Source: Cloacibacterium sp.
GTDB lineage: Bacteria; Bacteroidota; Bacteroidia; Flavobacteriales; Weeksellaceae
Direction: 5' to 3'
Length of the DNA stretch: 64,000 nt
Assembly (NCBI RefSeq): GCF_047601505.1
Contig: NZ_JASGJD010000001.1
Span: 2,621,427 to 2,685,426, forward strand
Numbering within the stretch: the stretch's first letter is position 1; each line of letters opens with the position of its first letter. The notes beneath the pieces were generated by a model that made no database searches, was not told the origin of the DNA, and was given only the letters and a program-made list of their open reading frames with translations. Shown one piece after another: positions 55,900 to 64,000 of the stretch. Both the position numbers and the translations under genes were made by a program.

Positions 55900-57084
55900 T
55901 TATTTAAACTTTCTTCCTTTCCAGACTAAAAAGCCTGTGATAGGCAAACTTGCACATATTAAACTAACAATAAATGCTAAAATTTTGCCCCAAACTCCTA
56001 AAATTGCTCCTACATGAATATCGTAATTGGCAGCAACAAATTTTTCTCCGAAATTCTTCTTTTGATGCGGTCTATTGAATAAAACTTCACCAGAATTTTC
56101 ATCAAAAATAACCTGATGATTGATGTGATAAGAATAGTCTAATTGTTTTACATACACTTCATAATTAGGATGTTCGTGGTCGTCTAAATGTTCATGTCCA
56201 AAATCTAAACTATACACCGAAGCCGATGGATAAAGCTTTTCCACATTTGCTGCGATTTTATCTAAAGTGGTAGAATTCCTAAGTTCTATTGGAGCTTTGG
56301 TTTTAATATTAGAAAAATCTGGATATTTGGTTTCGCCTCCAGAAAATAATATGTAAAAGAAAGCTTGAACAAAAAAGAAAGCGTAAAAAAGTCCTGTTAA
56401 AGTTAAAATTAACGCAAAAAAAGAAGCATAAAAGCCTAAAATACTGTGAAGGTCGTAGTTTTTTCTTCGCCAAGATTTAATATTTTTCCATTGAAACCAA
56501 AAGCGTTGTTTTCTAGCTTTTTTGTTTTTTGGCCACCAAAGAATAATGCCCGAAATTAGCATAATTAGGAAAATAAGAACAGGAATCCCAACAATATAAG
56601 TTCCCCAATCAGATTTTAAAAGAAAACTCCAATGGATAAATTTTACGATATTGAAAAAACCATTTTTTTCGTCTTCCAGAGCTAGAACTTTACCTGTAAA
56701 AGGATTTACATAAGCCGTTTTGTAAATTACAAATTCGTCAAAATAATTCCAAGCATTAGGATTTCTTTCGTAGTAAAAGAATTTATAAGATTTTGTTTTA
56801 TCTAAAGGAATTTCTGCCCAATGAATTGGATATTTTTCGTTGGTTTGCGCTTCTACTTTTCGTTCTAAAATCTTAAGTGGAAGAATCTTTTTTTGGGAAA
56901 TATTTTGTTCGTTATGGTGAATGTAATCTTTTCTTAAAACATTCTGAATTTCGTCTTTAAAAACATACAAAGCGCCAGTAATACTAATGATTAAAACGAA
57001 AAAACCAACCGTTAATCCAAGCCAAAGATGTAATTTGGAAACAATTTTTTTAAATGTATTTTTCTTTTTAGATTTCACCTTCAT
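55900..57084 (-). CDS. PepSY-associated TM helix domain protein (PiuB-like iron-regulated membrane protein)
   Basis: 394 aa: KKIVSKLHLWLGLTVGFFVLIISITGALYVF is the typical PepSY_TM start. It has 4 TM and lies downstream of the siderophore receptor. Confidence 0.88.
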   Translation of the reverse strand: MKVKSKKKNTFKKIVSKLHLWLGLTVGFFVLIISITGALYVFKDEIQNVLRKDYIHHNEQNISQKKILPLKILERKVEAQTNEKYPIHWAEIPLDKTKSYKFFYYERNPNAWNYFDEFVIYKTAYVNPFTGKVLALEDEKNGFFNIVKFIHWSFLLKSDWGTYIVGIPVLIFLIMLISGIILWWPKNKKARKQRFWFQWKNIKSWRRKNYDLHSILGFYASFFALILTLTGLFYAFFFVQAFFYILFSGGETKYPDFSNIKTKAPIELRNSTTLDKIAANVEKLYPSASVYSLDFGHEHLDDHEHPNYEVYVKQLDYSYHINHQVIFDENSGEVLFNRPHQKKNFGEKFVAANYDIHVGAILGVWGKILAFIVSLICASLPITGFLVWKGRKFK

Positions 57085-57100
57085 TTTATAAAATTTTAAA

Positions 57101-57130
57101 AGTTAGCAGAACAAAAAAATTCTGCTAACT
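57101..57130 (-). terminator. Intercistronic hairpin between receptor and PepSY genes (attenuator/terminator)
   Basis: agttagcagaa-caaaaaaa-ttctgctaact, an 11-bp perfect stem with T-rich sequence after it on the minus strand. Confidence 0.5.
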
Positions 57131-57162
57131 CAATAGTGACTTATGATATATGAAAAGTTTTT

Positions 57163-59292
57163 TTAAAATTTAAAGTCAACTCCCAATGCTACAGTGCTAG
57201 GTTTTTGCGGAGTTACAGTGCTCCAACCTGTGAAATATTTTTCGTTGGTAAAGTTGTCGAACTTAAGATTTAGGTTGTACTTATTTGTGGTATAAGAAAT
57301 TACGGCATTGAAAACGGTGTAACTTGGTAAAGTAAAAGTACCAATATTGCTTCTATTAAGAGTTTTGTTTTCGCTAGCATAATTAGCCCCAACTCCAAAA
57401 CCAAGTCCTTTTAATACACCTGAAGAAATTTTATAATTTGCCCAAAAATTCACTAAATTTTGAGGACCTGCTTCTTCTGGCCTTAAACCTAAATAACCTG
57501 CATTTTCTGTATCTTTAGTTACTTTAGCATCATTATAACTATAGCCCGCAATCATGCTCAACCCTTGAATAGGATTGGTAACCAAAGAGATTTCAAAACC
57601 TTTGCTTTCTACTTCGCCACTTTGCACTTGGTTATTTGGATTTACGGCATCTGCCATTAATTTATTAGAAACTAAGATATTGTAATAACTAGCTGTAACC
57701 GAAACTTTATCTTTGTAAAGATTTGCTTTAGTCCCAACTTCCCATTGGTTTGCTCTTTCGGGGTCGTAAACTTGTACTCCAGTTACATTTCCAGAACCAT
57801 CATAAACATTACCTGGAGTTAAATTTTTGAAACCATTCATATAATTGGCAAACAATGATAATTTATTCATTATTGGTTGGTAAACGATTCCAAATTTTGG
57901 TGAAAAAGTAGTTTGAGATTTCACTTTTTCTGTACTATACAATGCAATACCTTGATAATGGTCTAATCTTACACTCGCCATTACTGATAAATTAGGCAAA
58001 AAATCTATTACATCACTTACATAAGCACTTTTTGTGGTAATGCTAGAAGTGGTTTTACTAGCAGTTAAACTTGATAAAATAAGGTCTGTATCGTAAGGAG
58101 TTAACTTACCAGTATCTGTTCCGTTGACTAACGAAACGGTTCCATTACCTCCCCAAGCTCCAGTATTTTCGGTCTCTGTAGAAAAATAATCTAATCCAAC
58201 TACCATTCTGTTTCTGAAAGAACCAATTTTAAAATCACCTTGAAAATTTTGTTGAACATCTACTGCATAAGTATTCCCATTAGCTTTAGAAATACTTCTT
58301 GTAAACTCGTCACCGTTAGCACTATCCCAAAGATATTGGTAATAACCATCAGTTTTAGAATTACTTGTGGAAACAATAGTTTGAGAAGTCCAATTTTTAC
58401 TAATTTTATATAAAGCTTGTCCTTGGAAACTAAAACTAGGTGTTTTAATCGTTAAAGAATTATCTGTAAAAGAAGTTTTATAATATTTTTTAAAAATATC
58501 AATTGAATTAAATGAAAGAGGAGAATATCTGCTCAAAAATATCATAGGAGCAGAAGCAGTTTCAGAATTTCTAAACTCCGTATTAATTAAGAAAGTTAAT
58601 TTATCACTAGCAACAATTTTAAAACTTGGTGCAATAAATAAATATTTGTTAAATCCTGCATCTTGAAAAGAATCTTCAGAATGATAAACTGTAACCAATC
58701 TTGCAAATACATTTTTACCCAGAGGAGTATTAACATCTAAAATATATCTGTTTAATCTGTTACTTCCAATTACAGCACCAATTTCTCCACCGAAAGTTTC
58801 ATAAGGTTTTTTAGTGGTAATATTAATTAAACCGCCATAAGAAGTTACGCTACTCCCGAAAAGAGTTCCAGAAGGACCTTTCATAATTTCGGTACTTTCA
58901 ATATTTGCGGGTTCTATTGTCGAATTATTAATATTTGGCATTCCGTTTACCAAAGCTGGTTGAACAGAGAAACCTCTCATGGTGTAATATTCTGCTCCAT
59001 CTCCTGCTCTACCCGTACTTTCCCAAAGCCTAGAAACACCAGTTGCGTTATTTAGAACCGCCTGAAAACTCGTAGACAATTGGTCTTTTATTACATACTT
59101 TGAAATACTGTTGTAAACCTGAGGATTTTCTATATTCTTCAAAGGTAGCTTAGCCACCACTTCTGTACTATCTACTTTATAAACATTTTTAGTAGCATAG
59201 ATAAGTACCTCATCAATATTCTTTTCTTTTCCTTCCTGAGAGTATGCCATAACACCAACCAATGACAAAATACTCATAATAGTTTTCTTCAT
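57163..59292 (-). CDS. TonB-dependent siderophore receptor
   Basis: 709 aa with a signal peptide, a plug domain (...TEIMKGPSGTLFGSS...), and a barrel ending ...ALGVDFKF. Confidence 0.92.
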   Translation of the reverse strand: MKKTIMSILSLVGVMAYSQEGKEKNIDEVLIYATKNVYKVDSTEVVAKLPLKNIENPQVYNSISKYVIKDQLSTSFQAVLNNATGVSRLWESTGRAGDGAEYYTMRGFSVQPALVNGMPNINNSTIEPANIESTEIMKGPSGTLFGSSVTSYGGLINITTKKPYETFGGEIGAVIGSNRLNRYILDVNTPLGKNVFARLVTVYHSEDSFQDAGFNKYLFIAPSFKIVASDKLTFLINTEFRNSETASAPMIFLSRYSPLSFNSIDIFKKYYKTSFTDNSLTIKTPSFSFQGQALYKISKNWTSQTIVSTSNSKTDGYYQYLWDSANGDEFTRSISKANGNTYAVDVQQNFQGDFKIGSFRNRMVVGLDYFSTETENTGAWGGNGTVSLVNGTDTGKLTPYDTDLILSSLTASKTTSSITTKSAYVSDVIDFLPNLSVMASVRLDHYQGIALYSTEKVKSQTTFSPKFGIVYQPIMNKLSLFANYMNGFKNLTPGNVYDGSGNVTGVQVYDPERANQWEVGTKANLYKDKVSVTASYYNILVSNKLMADAVNPNNQVQSGEVESKGFEISLVTNPIQGLSMIAGYSYNDAKVTKDTENAGYLGLRPEEAGPQNLVNFWANYKISSGVLKGLGFGVGANYASENKTLNRSNIGTFTLPSYTVFNAVISYTTNKYNLNLKFDNFTNEKYFTGWSTVTPQKPSTVALGVDFKF

Positions 59293-59373
59293 AATTTAGA
59301 ATCGTTTTAAATAACGATTGCAAATGTATAATATTATTTTTAATAATTCTAAATAAAATTAATAAAATTTAAC

Positions 59374-59407
59374 AAAAAAAGAGAAGCAATATAGCTTCTC
59401 TTTTTTA
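59374..59407 (-). terminator. Terminator after lpdA
   Basis: aaaaaaagagaagc-aatata-gcttctctttttt. Confidence 0.65.
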
Positions 59408-59440
59408 AATATATCTATTTAAATATTCAAAATCAGACCA

Positions 59441-60844
59441 TTACACATGAATTGATCTTTTACCTGTTGCATCCAAACAAGCTTCTTTTATCGCTTCTGT
59501 AAATGTAGGGTGCGCATGAGAACTTCTTGCAATATCTTCTGCACTTGCTCTAAATTCCATCGCAATTACAGCTTCTGCAATCATGTCTGCTGCTCTTGCA
59601 CCAATCATGTGAACTCCTAAAATTTCATCCGTTTTTTCGTCTGCCAAAACTTTAATCAATCCATCAATGTCTCCAGAAGCTCTACTTCTACCCAATGCTC
59701 TCATCGGGAAAGAACCTACTTTGTAAGCAGCTCCTTCTTCTTTTAATTGCTCTTCGGTTTTACCAACACCCGCAACTTCTGGCCAAGTATAAACAACTCC
59801 AGGAATCAAATTATAATTAATGTGAGGTTTTTGTCCAGCTAAAACTTCCGCTACAAAAACGCCTTCTTCTTCCGCTTTGTGAGCCAACATTGCTCCTTTC
59901 ACTACATCACCAATTGCATAAATATTTGCAACATTCGTTTGAAGATGCTCGTTTACTTTTACTCTTCCTCTTTCATCTAATTCTACTCCTGCATTTTCTA
60001 AGCCAAGACATTCTGTATAAGGTTTTCTACCTACAGAAACGAGAACATAATCTCCTTCTACAGCTACTTCTTCACCTTTTTTATCCTTTGCTGTAATTTT
60101 AACAGTATCACCACTTCTTTCTACCGATTGAACACCTGTAGAAAGCATAAATTTCATACCTTGCTTTTTAAGAACTTTCGTTAATTCTTTAGACAAAGCA
60201 CCATCCATTGTTGGGATAATTTTGTCCATAAATTCTACTACAGTTACTTGAGAACCTAATCTTAAATAAACAGAACCCAATTCTAAACCAATAACTCCAC
60301 CTCCAATTACAACCAAATGCTTTGGAATTTCTTTTAAATTTAAAGCTTCTGTAGAAGTAATTACTCTTTCTTTATCTAGAGAAATAAAAGGCAAACTAGA
60401 CGGTTTAGAACCCGTTGCAATGATAGAATATTTAGATTCGATGCTTTCTGAAGAACCGTCTTTTTTAGAAATTTTGATTTTAGTAGCAGATTCGAAACTT
60501 CCTACACCTTCGAAAACCGTTACTTTATTTTTGTCCATCAAGAAATTAATTCCTTTGGTTGTTTGCTCTACAACTTCATTTTTACGAGCAATCATTCTTG
60601 CAATATCCGCCTTTGGAGCATCAATAATAATCCCGTGATTTTCAAAATTATGAGCTGCATTGTGAAAATGCTCAGAGCTGTCTAACAAAGCTTTAGAAGG
60701 GATACAACCTACATTAAGACAAGTTCCACCTAAGGTTGAATATTTTTCAATTAGAGCTGTTTTGAAACCCAATTGTGCTGCACGAATTGCTGCAACATAA
60801 CCACCAGGACCAGAACCAATTACGGTAACATCGAATTGTGACAT
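59441..60844 (-). CDS. lpdA: Dihydrolipoyl dehydrogenase (E3)
   Basis: 467 aa with FAD motif VIGSGPGGY, the redox disulfide GGTCLNVGCIPSK, NAD motif VIGGGVIGLE, and C-terminal HAHPT. Confidence 0.95.
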   Translation of the reverse strand: MSQFDVTVIGSGPGGYVAAIRAAQLGFKTALIEKYSTLGGTCLNVGCIPSKALLDSSEHFHNAAHNFENHGIIIDAPKADIARMIARKNEVVEQTTKGINFLMDKNKVTVFEGVGSFESATKIKISKKDGSSESIESKYSIIATGSKPSSLPFISLDKERVITSTEALNLKEIPKHLVVIGGGVIGLELGSVYLRLGSQVTVVEFMDKIIPTMDGALSKELTKVLKKQGMKFMLSTGVQSVERSGDTVKITAKDKKGEEVAVEGDYVLVSVGRKPYTECLGLENAGVELDERGRVKVNEHLQTNVANIYAIGDVVKGAMLAHKAEEEGVFVAEVLAGQKPHINYNLIPGVVYTWPEVAGVGKTEEQLKEEGAAYKVGSFPMRALGRSRASGDIDGLIKVLADEKTDEILGVHMIGARAADMIAEAVIAMEFRASAEDIARSSHAHPTFTEAIKEACLDATGKRSIHV

Positions 60845-60999
60845 TTTTATATTTATTTTTCGTTATAACTTATTTTATGCGAATTTAAGAAATTTGAATG
60901 AAGTTTCCTCGCAATATTGCTACGTTTTCGCAATGATTGTAATGAATAAAATAAATGAGAAAATATATTAGAAAATTTCAGAATTATTTCTTCCTTTAA

Positions 61000-61512
61000 C
61001 TAATTGATTTTTTTTTGCTTTACATTTAAATAAAAAATCATTTCATAATCAACTTTAATCCCTATATAGCTTTGTGCAGATTTCCATTTTTTTATTTCTG
61101 GAAGACTCAAAACTCTTAATATTTCTTTTTTTACTTTTTCATCTTTATAATTAAATATCTCAACTTTTTTTATACTATCATTTTTTCCTATTACCATTTT
61201 AATCTTATAAATGAATGGCTTTGAATTACGAGGAATAATCAAGTTTTGATAAATATCTTTTCTAAATTTAGGTATTCCTCCTTCATATTGAGGATAAATA
61301 TCAGTAGCACAAAAAAAACAATTGAGTTTATATTTCTCACAAGAATCAGAAAATTTTTTGAGCTTTAAATTTTCTCTATCAATAAGCAAAGAGTCTTCTT
61401 TAGTTAAAAGAAATTTTTGTTCACTAAAAGTTGAAAGTGTAACATATTTTTCTTTATTCATAACTGAACAAGAAATTATTCCTAATAAAAAAAAGAAAAC
61501 CAAATATTTCAT
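61000..61512 (-). CDS. Lipoprotein with TonB_C-like C-terminal domain (hypothetical)
   Basis: 170 aa with lipobox ...GIISC. YPQYEGGIPKFRKDIYQNLIIP resembles the start of TonB C-terminal-like domains. Confidence 0.55.
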   Translation of the reverse strand: MKYLVFFFLLGIISCSVMNKEKYVTLSTFSEQKFLLTKEDSLLIDRENLKLKKFSDSCEKYKLNCFFCATDIYPQYEGGIPKFRKDIYQNLIIPRNSKPFIYKIKMVIGKNDSIKKVEIFNYKDEKVKKEILRVLSLPEIKKWKSAQSYIGIKVDYEMIFYLNVKQKKIN

Positions 61513-61515
61513 CTT

Positions 61516-62589
61516 TTAAATCTTTTCAAAAACCTCAAAATATTTCTCCAAAATCATATCTTTAGAAAATCTAGATTTTATTGAATTCTTAATCAAATCT
61601 TTATTATGATTCTCATCTAAAATTTCTAGTATTTTTTTAGCAAATTCTTCGTGATTTTCTATATCCGAAATTTCTCCGTTAATTTTTGGTTGAATAATTT
61701 CATTAATTCCGCCTTTGCAATTATTGGCTAAAGAATAGGTTCCACAAGCGCCAGCTTCTAACAAAACATTTGGGAAACCTTCGTATCTGGAACTCAGAAT
61801 AAACAAATCTGCAAACTTCAAAAAAGGATAAGGATTCTTTTGAGCTCCATGAAAAATCACGTTTTTTAACCCTAAATTCCCCTTCATTTCACGAAGCAAA
61901 TCTTTGTCTTTTCCGCCTCCTAAAACATGCAATAAAATATTTTTATCTTTCAGATTTTCAAATACTTTTAGTAAATTATCAAAACCTTTTCTGGAAGATA
62001 AATTTCCAACTGCTACAACATTTTTATATCCTTCTTTATAACTTTCAGGCTTTGTAGAATTCTCTAATTTTTCTTCAATAAAATTAAAATCTACAGGATT
62101 GTTAATTTTTGTAAGTTTATCTTTTTTGATGTTAAAATGATGAATTAAATCAAACATCATGTCATCACTCTGGCAAACTATTTTGTGATAATTATTATAA
62201 AATTTATAGAAAAATCTAATTTCTCTTCTCGTTACGTGCTGGGAGACAACATTGGTTTCTCGCGCAATGAATTTTATCTTAGGAAAAAGCTTTATAAACA
62301 ACGATAAATAGGCGTTTACTTCGCCAAAACCACTGAAAACAATGTCTGGTTTTCTCTTTCTAATTTGTTGTAAAATTGACTTTAAAGAATTTCGAATTCT
62401 TGGAGTTTTGATGTCTATAATTTCTATATCTTCCTTTAAAAAATCCAGATAAAAACCTTCTTTTCTCAACAACAAAATGCTTGGAGAAAAAAAATCTCTA
62501 GGCAAATGATTCGCAATTGTAGTTACAATTCGCTCTGCACCACCTGCATTAAGATCTGGAAGAATAAAAAGGATAGATTTTTTTTGCAC
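61516..62589 (-). CDS. Glycosyltransferase family 4
   Basis: 357 aa with a GTG start. Its N-terminus is ILPDLNAGGAERIV. It has the GT1/GT4 C-terminal motif SRYEGFPNVLLEAGACG. Confidence 0.9.
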   Translation of the reverse strand: MQKKSILFILPDLNAGGAERIVTTIANHLPRDFFSPSILLLRKEGFYLDFLKEDIEIIDIKTPRIRNSLKSILQQIRKRKPDIVFSGFGEVNAYLSLFIKLFPKIKFIARETNVVSQHVTRREIRFFYKFYNNYHKIVCQSDDMMFDLIHHFNIKKDKLTKINNPVDFNFIEEKLENSTKPESYKEGYKNVVAVGNLSSRKGFDNLLKVFENLKDKNILLHVLGGGKDKDLLREMKGNLGLKNVIFHGAQKNPYPFLKFADLFILSSRYEGFPNVLLEAGACGTYSLANNCKGGINEIIQPKINGEISDIENHEEFAKKILEILDENHNKDLIKNSIKSRFSKDMILEKYFEVFEKI

Positions 62590-63125
62590 TAATAAAAAGT
62601 TTTAGAAATTTTAAGATTTAATTCTTCAAAAATTGTTATAATTTCATTTATATTTTCAACACTTTGAAATGAAAATTCATCTTCTTTGAAATTCATCCCA
62701 AAACTTCTTCCAAAAACAAATTTTTCAAAATTAAGTGCCATTTCTGGTTCTCCAAAAATAATATTACCAAAAAAATTATTATTCATTTCAATATTTACAA
62801 TTTTTATATTATCTAATTTTAAAAATTTATAAATATATCCCGTTTGATTTTCTACAATTATAATTCTTTGATTTGTAATTATATATTTATTATTCTTCAA
62901 TTCAAAATACTTAAAAATCCATCTACCAAAGGAATAATAGAAGCCCGCTACTAAAAATAAAATTCCAAACACTAAAAAAAAACCAGAAAAATTGATGAAA
63001 ATTAAAATCATAATTATCAAATAAAAAAAAGAAAAAGGGATTCTTAATCTTTCTGTGGAATTAAAAAAGAAACTCTTTTTAGGAAGAATTTCTTTTAATA
63101 TTATTTCATCTAAATTTAGTTTCAT
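62589..63125 (-). CDS. Membrane protein with bacterial PH (YdbS/bPH_2-like) domain (hypothetical)
   Basis: 178 aa with two adjacent TM helices, then ...KYIITNQRIIIVENQTG..., the motif typical of bPH domains. Confidence 0.55.
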   Translation of the reverse strand: MKLNLDEIILKEILPKKSFFFNSTERLRIPFSFFYLIIMILIFINFSGFFLVFGILFLVAGFYYSFGRWIFKYFELKNNKYIITNQRIIIVENQTGYIYKFLKLDNIKIVNIEMNNNFFGNIIFGEPEMALNFEKFVFGRSFGMNFKEDEFSFQSVENINEIITIFEELNLKISKTFY

Positions 63126-63129
63126 CTAT

Positions 63130-64000
63130 TTAATTCGCTACATCAGAAATGAATTTAATACGAAGCATTCTCACTTCTTCATCAGATAAATCATCTCCAA
63201 ATTCTGCTAAAAGAACTTTCATAGAATCGCTTTCAGATTCGCTCATAAAATCCATAAATTCTTCTACAATATCTTCGTCAAAATTTTCGTCGATATAATA
63301 ATCAATATTCAATTTAGTACCTTGATATACAATAGATTCCATTTCAGAAAGCAGTTCATCCATTGTAAGATGTTTTGCTTTTGCAATGTCTTCTAAATCA
63401 ATTTTTTTGTCGGTATTTTGTATAATAAAAACTTTATGAGAAGACTTATTGGCTACTGTTTTCAAAACCATATCCTGAGTTCTCTCAATATTATTTTCTT
63501 CAACATATTTTGCAATAAAATCTGCAAATTCTTTACCGTATTTTTTCGCTTTTCCTTCGCCAACACCATATACTTTTGCAATTTCTTCTACAGAGATAGG
63601 ATATTGCACCGTCATATCTTCCAAACTTGGATCCATGAAAACCGTATAAGGTGGAATGCTATATTTTTTGGCTACTTTTTTCCTTAATTCTTTCAGTTGA
63701 TTGAAAAGATTTTGGTCTAAACCGCCTCCAGATTGCACCTGAATTTGCTCCGCATCTGCAATAGCAGCCAAATCAAACTCTCGGTCTTCGGCAATCATAA
63801 ATTCGGATTTATCTTTTCCTGCAAGGAATTTTTTAGCTTTTTCAGAAAGTTTTAAAACACCATACGTTTCTATATCTTTGGTTAAAAATCCTTGTACGGT
63901 AGCTTGTCTAATGATAGATTTCCAATAGTTATCTGTTTCAGATTTACCAATACCAAAATGCTTAGAATTTTCTAGCTTATACGCTTTAGTAGTAGCAGAT
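63130..64000 (-). CDS. recQ: ATP-dependent DNA helicase RecQ, C-terminal part (RQC + HRDC); 5' end outside the window
   Basis: HRDC domain: LFNQLKELRKKVAKKYSIPPYTVFMDPSLEDMTVQYPISVEEIAKVYGVGEGKAKKYGKEF. The frame stays open upstream of the ORF-track Met to the window edge (...YWKSIIRQATVQGFLTKDIETYGVLKLSEKAKKFL...). Confidence 0.9.
   Translation of the reverse strand, partial: SATTKAYKLENSKHFGIGKSETDNYWKSIIRQATVQGFLTKDIETYGVLKLSEKAKKFLAGKDKSEFMIAEDREFDLAAIADAEQIQVQSGGGLDQNLFNQLKELRKKVAKKYSIPPYTVFMDPSLEDMTVQYPISVEEIAKVYGVGEGKAKKYGKEFADFIAKYVEENNIERTQDMVLKTVANKSSHKVFIIQNTDKKIDLEDIAKAKHLTMDELLSEMESIVYQGTKLNIDYYIDENFDEDIVEEFMDFMSESESDSMKVLLAEFGDDLSDEEVRMLRIKFISDVAN

Noticed and set aside
60845-60999. 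10-bp palindrome gcaatattgc and duplicated tcgcaat upstream of lpdA
   Set aside because: It is short enough to occur by chance. I have no supporting context and could not link it to a known regulator.
1-64000. Scan for CRISPR arrays, tRNA/rRNA genes, prophage, integrases, and known defence modules (RM, TA, Abi, retron RT, CBASS-like)
   Set aside because: I saw no regularly spaced direct repeats, no tRNA-like GTTCGAAT-type arms and no rRNA. I saw no phage structural or integrase genes, and no reverse transcriptase, nuclease or ATPase pairs. The only mobile-element traces are the two decayed transposase fragments.

Overview
This is a 64-kb, AT-rich chromosomal segment (roughly one-third G+C by eye, not computed). 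Several signals point to a Flavobacteriales, Chryseobacterium-clade or Weeksellaceae-like bacterium: T9SS sorting domains, a CarboxypepD_reg-type TonB-dependent receptor paired with DUF4249, TAnnTTTG -7 promoter boxes, and a TPR-TM-LuxR regulator. About 57 protein-coding genes or gene remnants can be supported.

Housekeeping genes:
- RelA/SpoT homologue, nhaA, cdd, metE, nrdDG, rlmH, hisS, lpdA, a PBP4-type dacB, and a partial recQ.

Regulatory RNA:
- Two clear cobalamin riboswitches, one ahead of a TonB-dependent receptor (btuB-like) and one ahead of metE.

Accessory or poorly characterised blocks:
- 1-5.2 kb: a LytS-type kinase, a frame-broken pseudo-receiver and a LytTR regulator, upstream of a small Val/Pro-rich ORF, DUF2147, TolC and an MFP efflux operon.
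- 7.8 kb: a GC-rich 42-bp-arm palindrome between the TonB receptor and DUF4249.
- 8.9-9.8 kb and 30.8-31.1 kb: LysR, IS4 and IS982 remnants.
- 31.4-39.1 kb: a membrane-anchored TPR-LuxR regulator, two secreted proteins sharing a repeated C-terminal module, about 1 kb of ORF-free DNA with orphan hairpins, and a membrane protein / BtrH_N-DUF4872 / small membrane protein cassette.
- 39.9-48.3 kb: a detoxification-type island rich in AraC regulators, including a type-A CAT-like acetyltransferase.
- 48.4-49.1 kb: a secreted protein whose mature N-terminus (CTC...) and cysteine spacing mimic the TIMP/NTR metalloprotease-inhibitor domain.
- 49.6-53.5 kb: a 1317-aa T9SS type-B adhesin.
- 55.9-59.3 kb: a siderophore receptor and PepSY pair bracketed by near-identical hairpins.

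I saw no rRNA, tRNA, CRISPR array, prophage or recognisable defence system. I found no compelling multi-gene novel system. The best leads are the TIMP-like protein, the paired secreted-module proteins with their regulator, the GC-rich palindrome and the BtrH-like cassette. All family assignments rest on motif recognition by eye and need database or structure searches.
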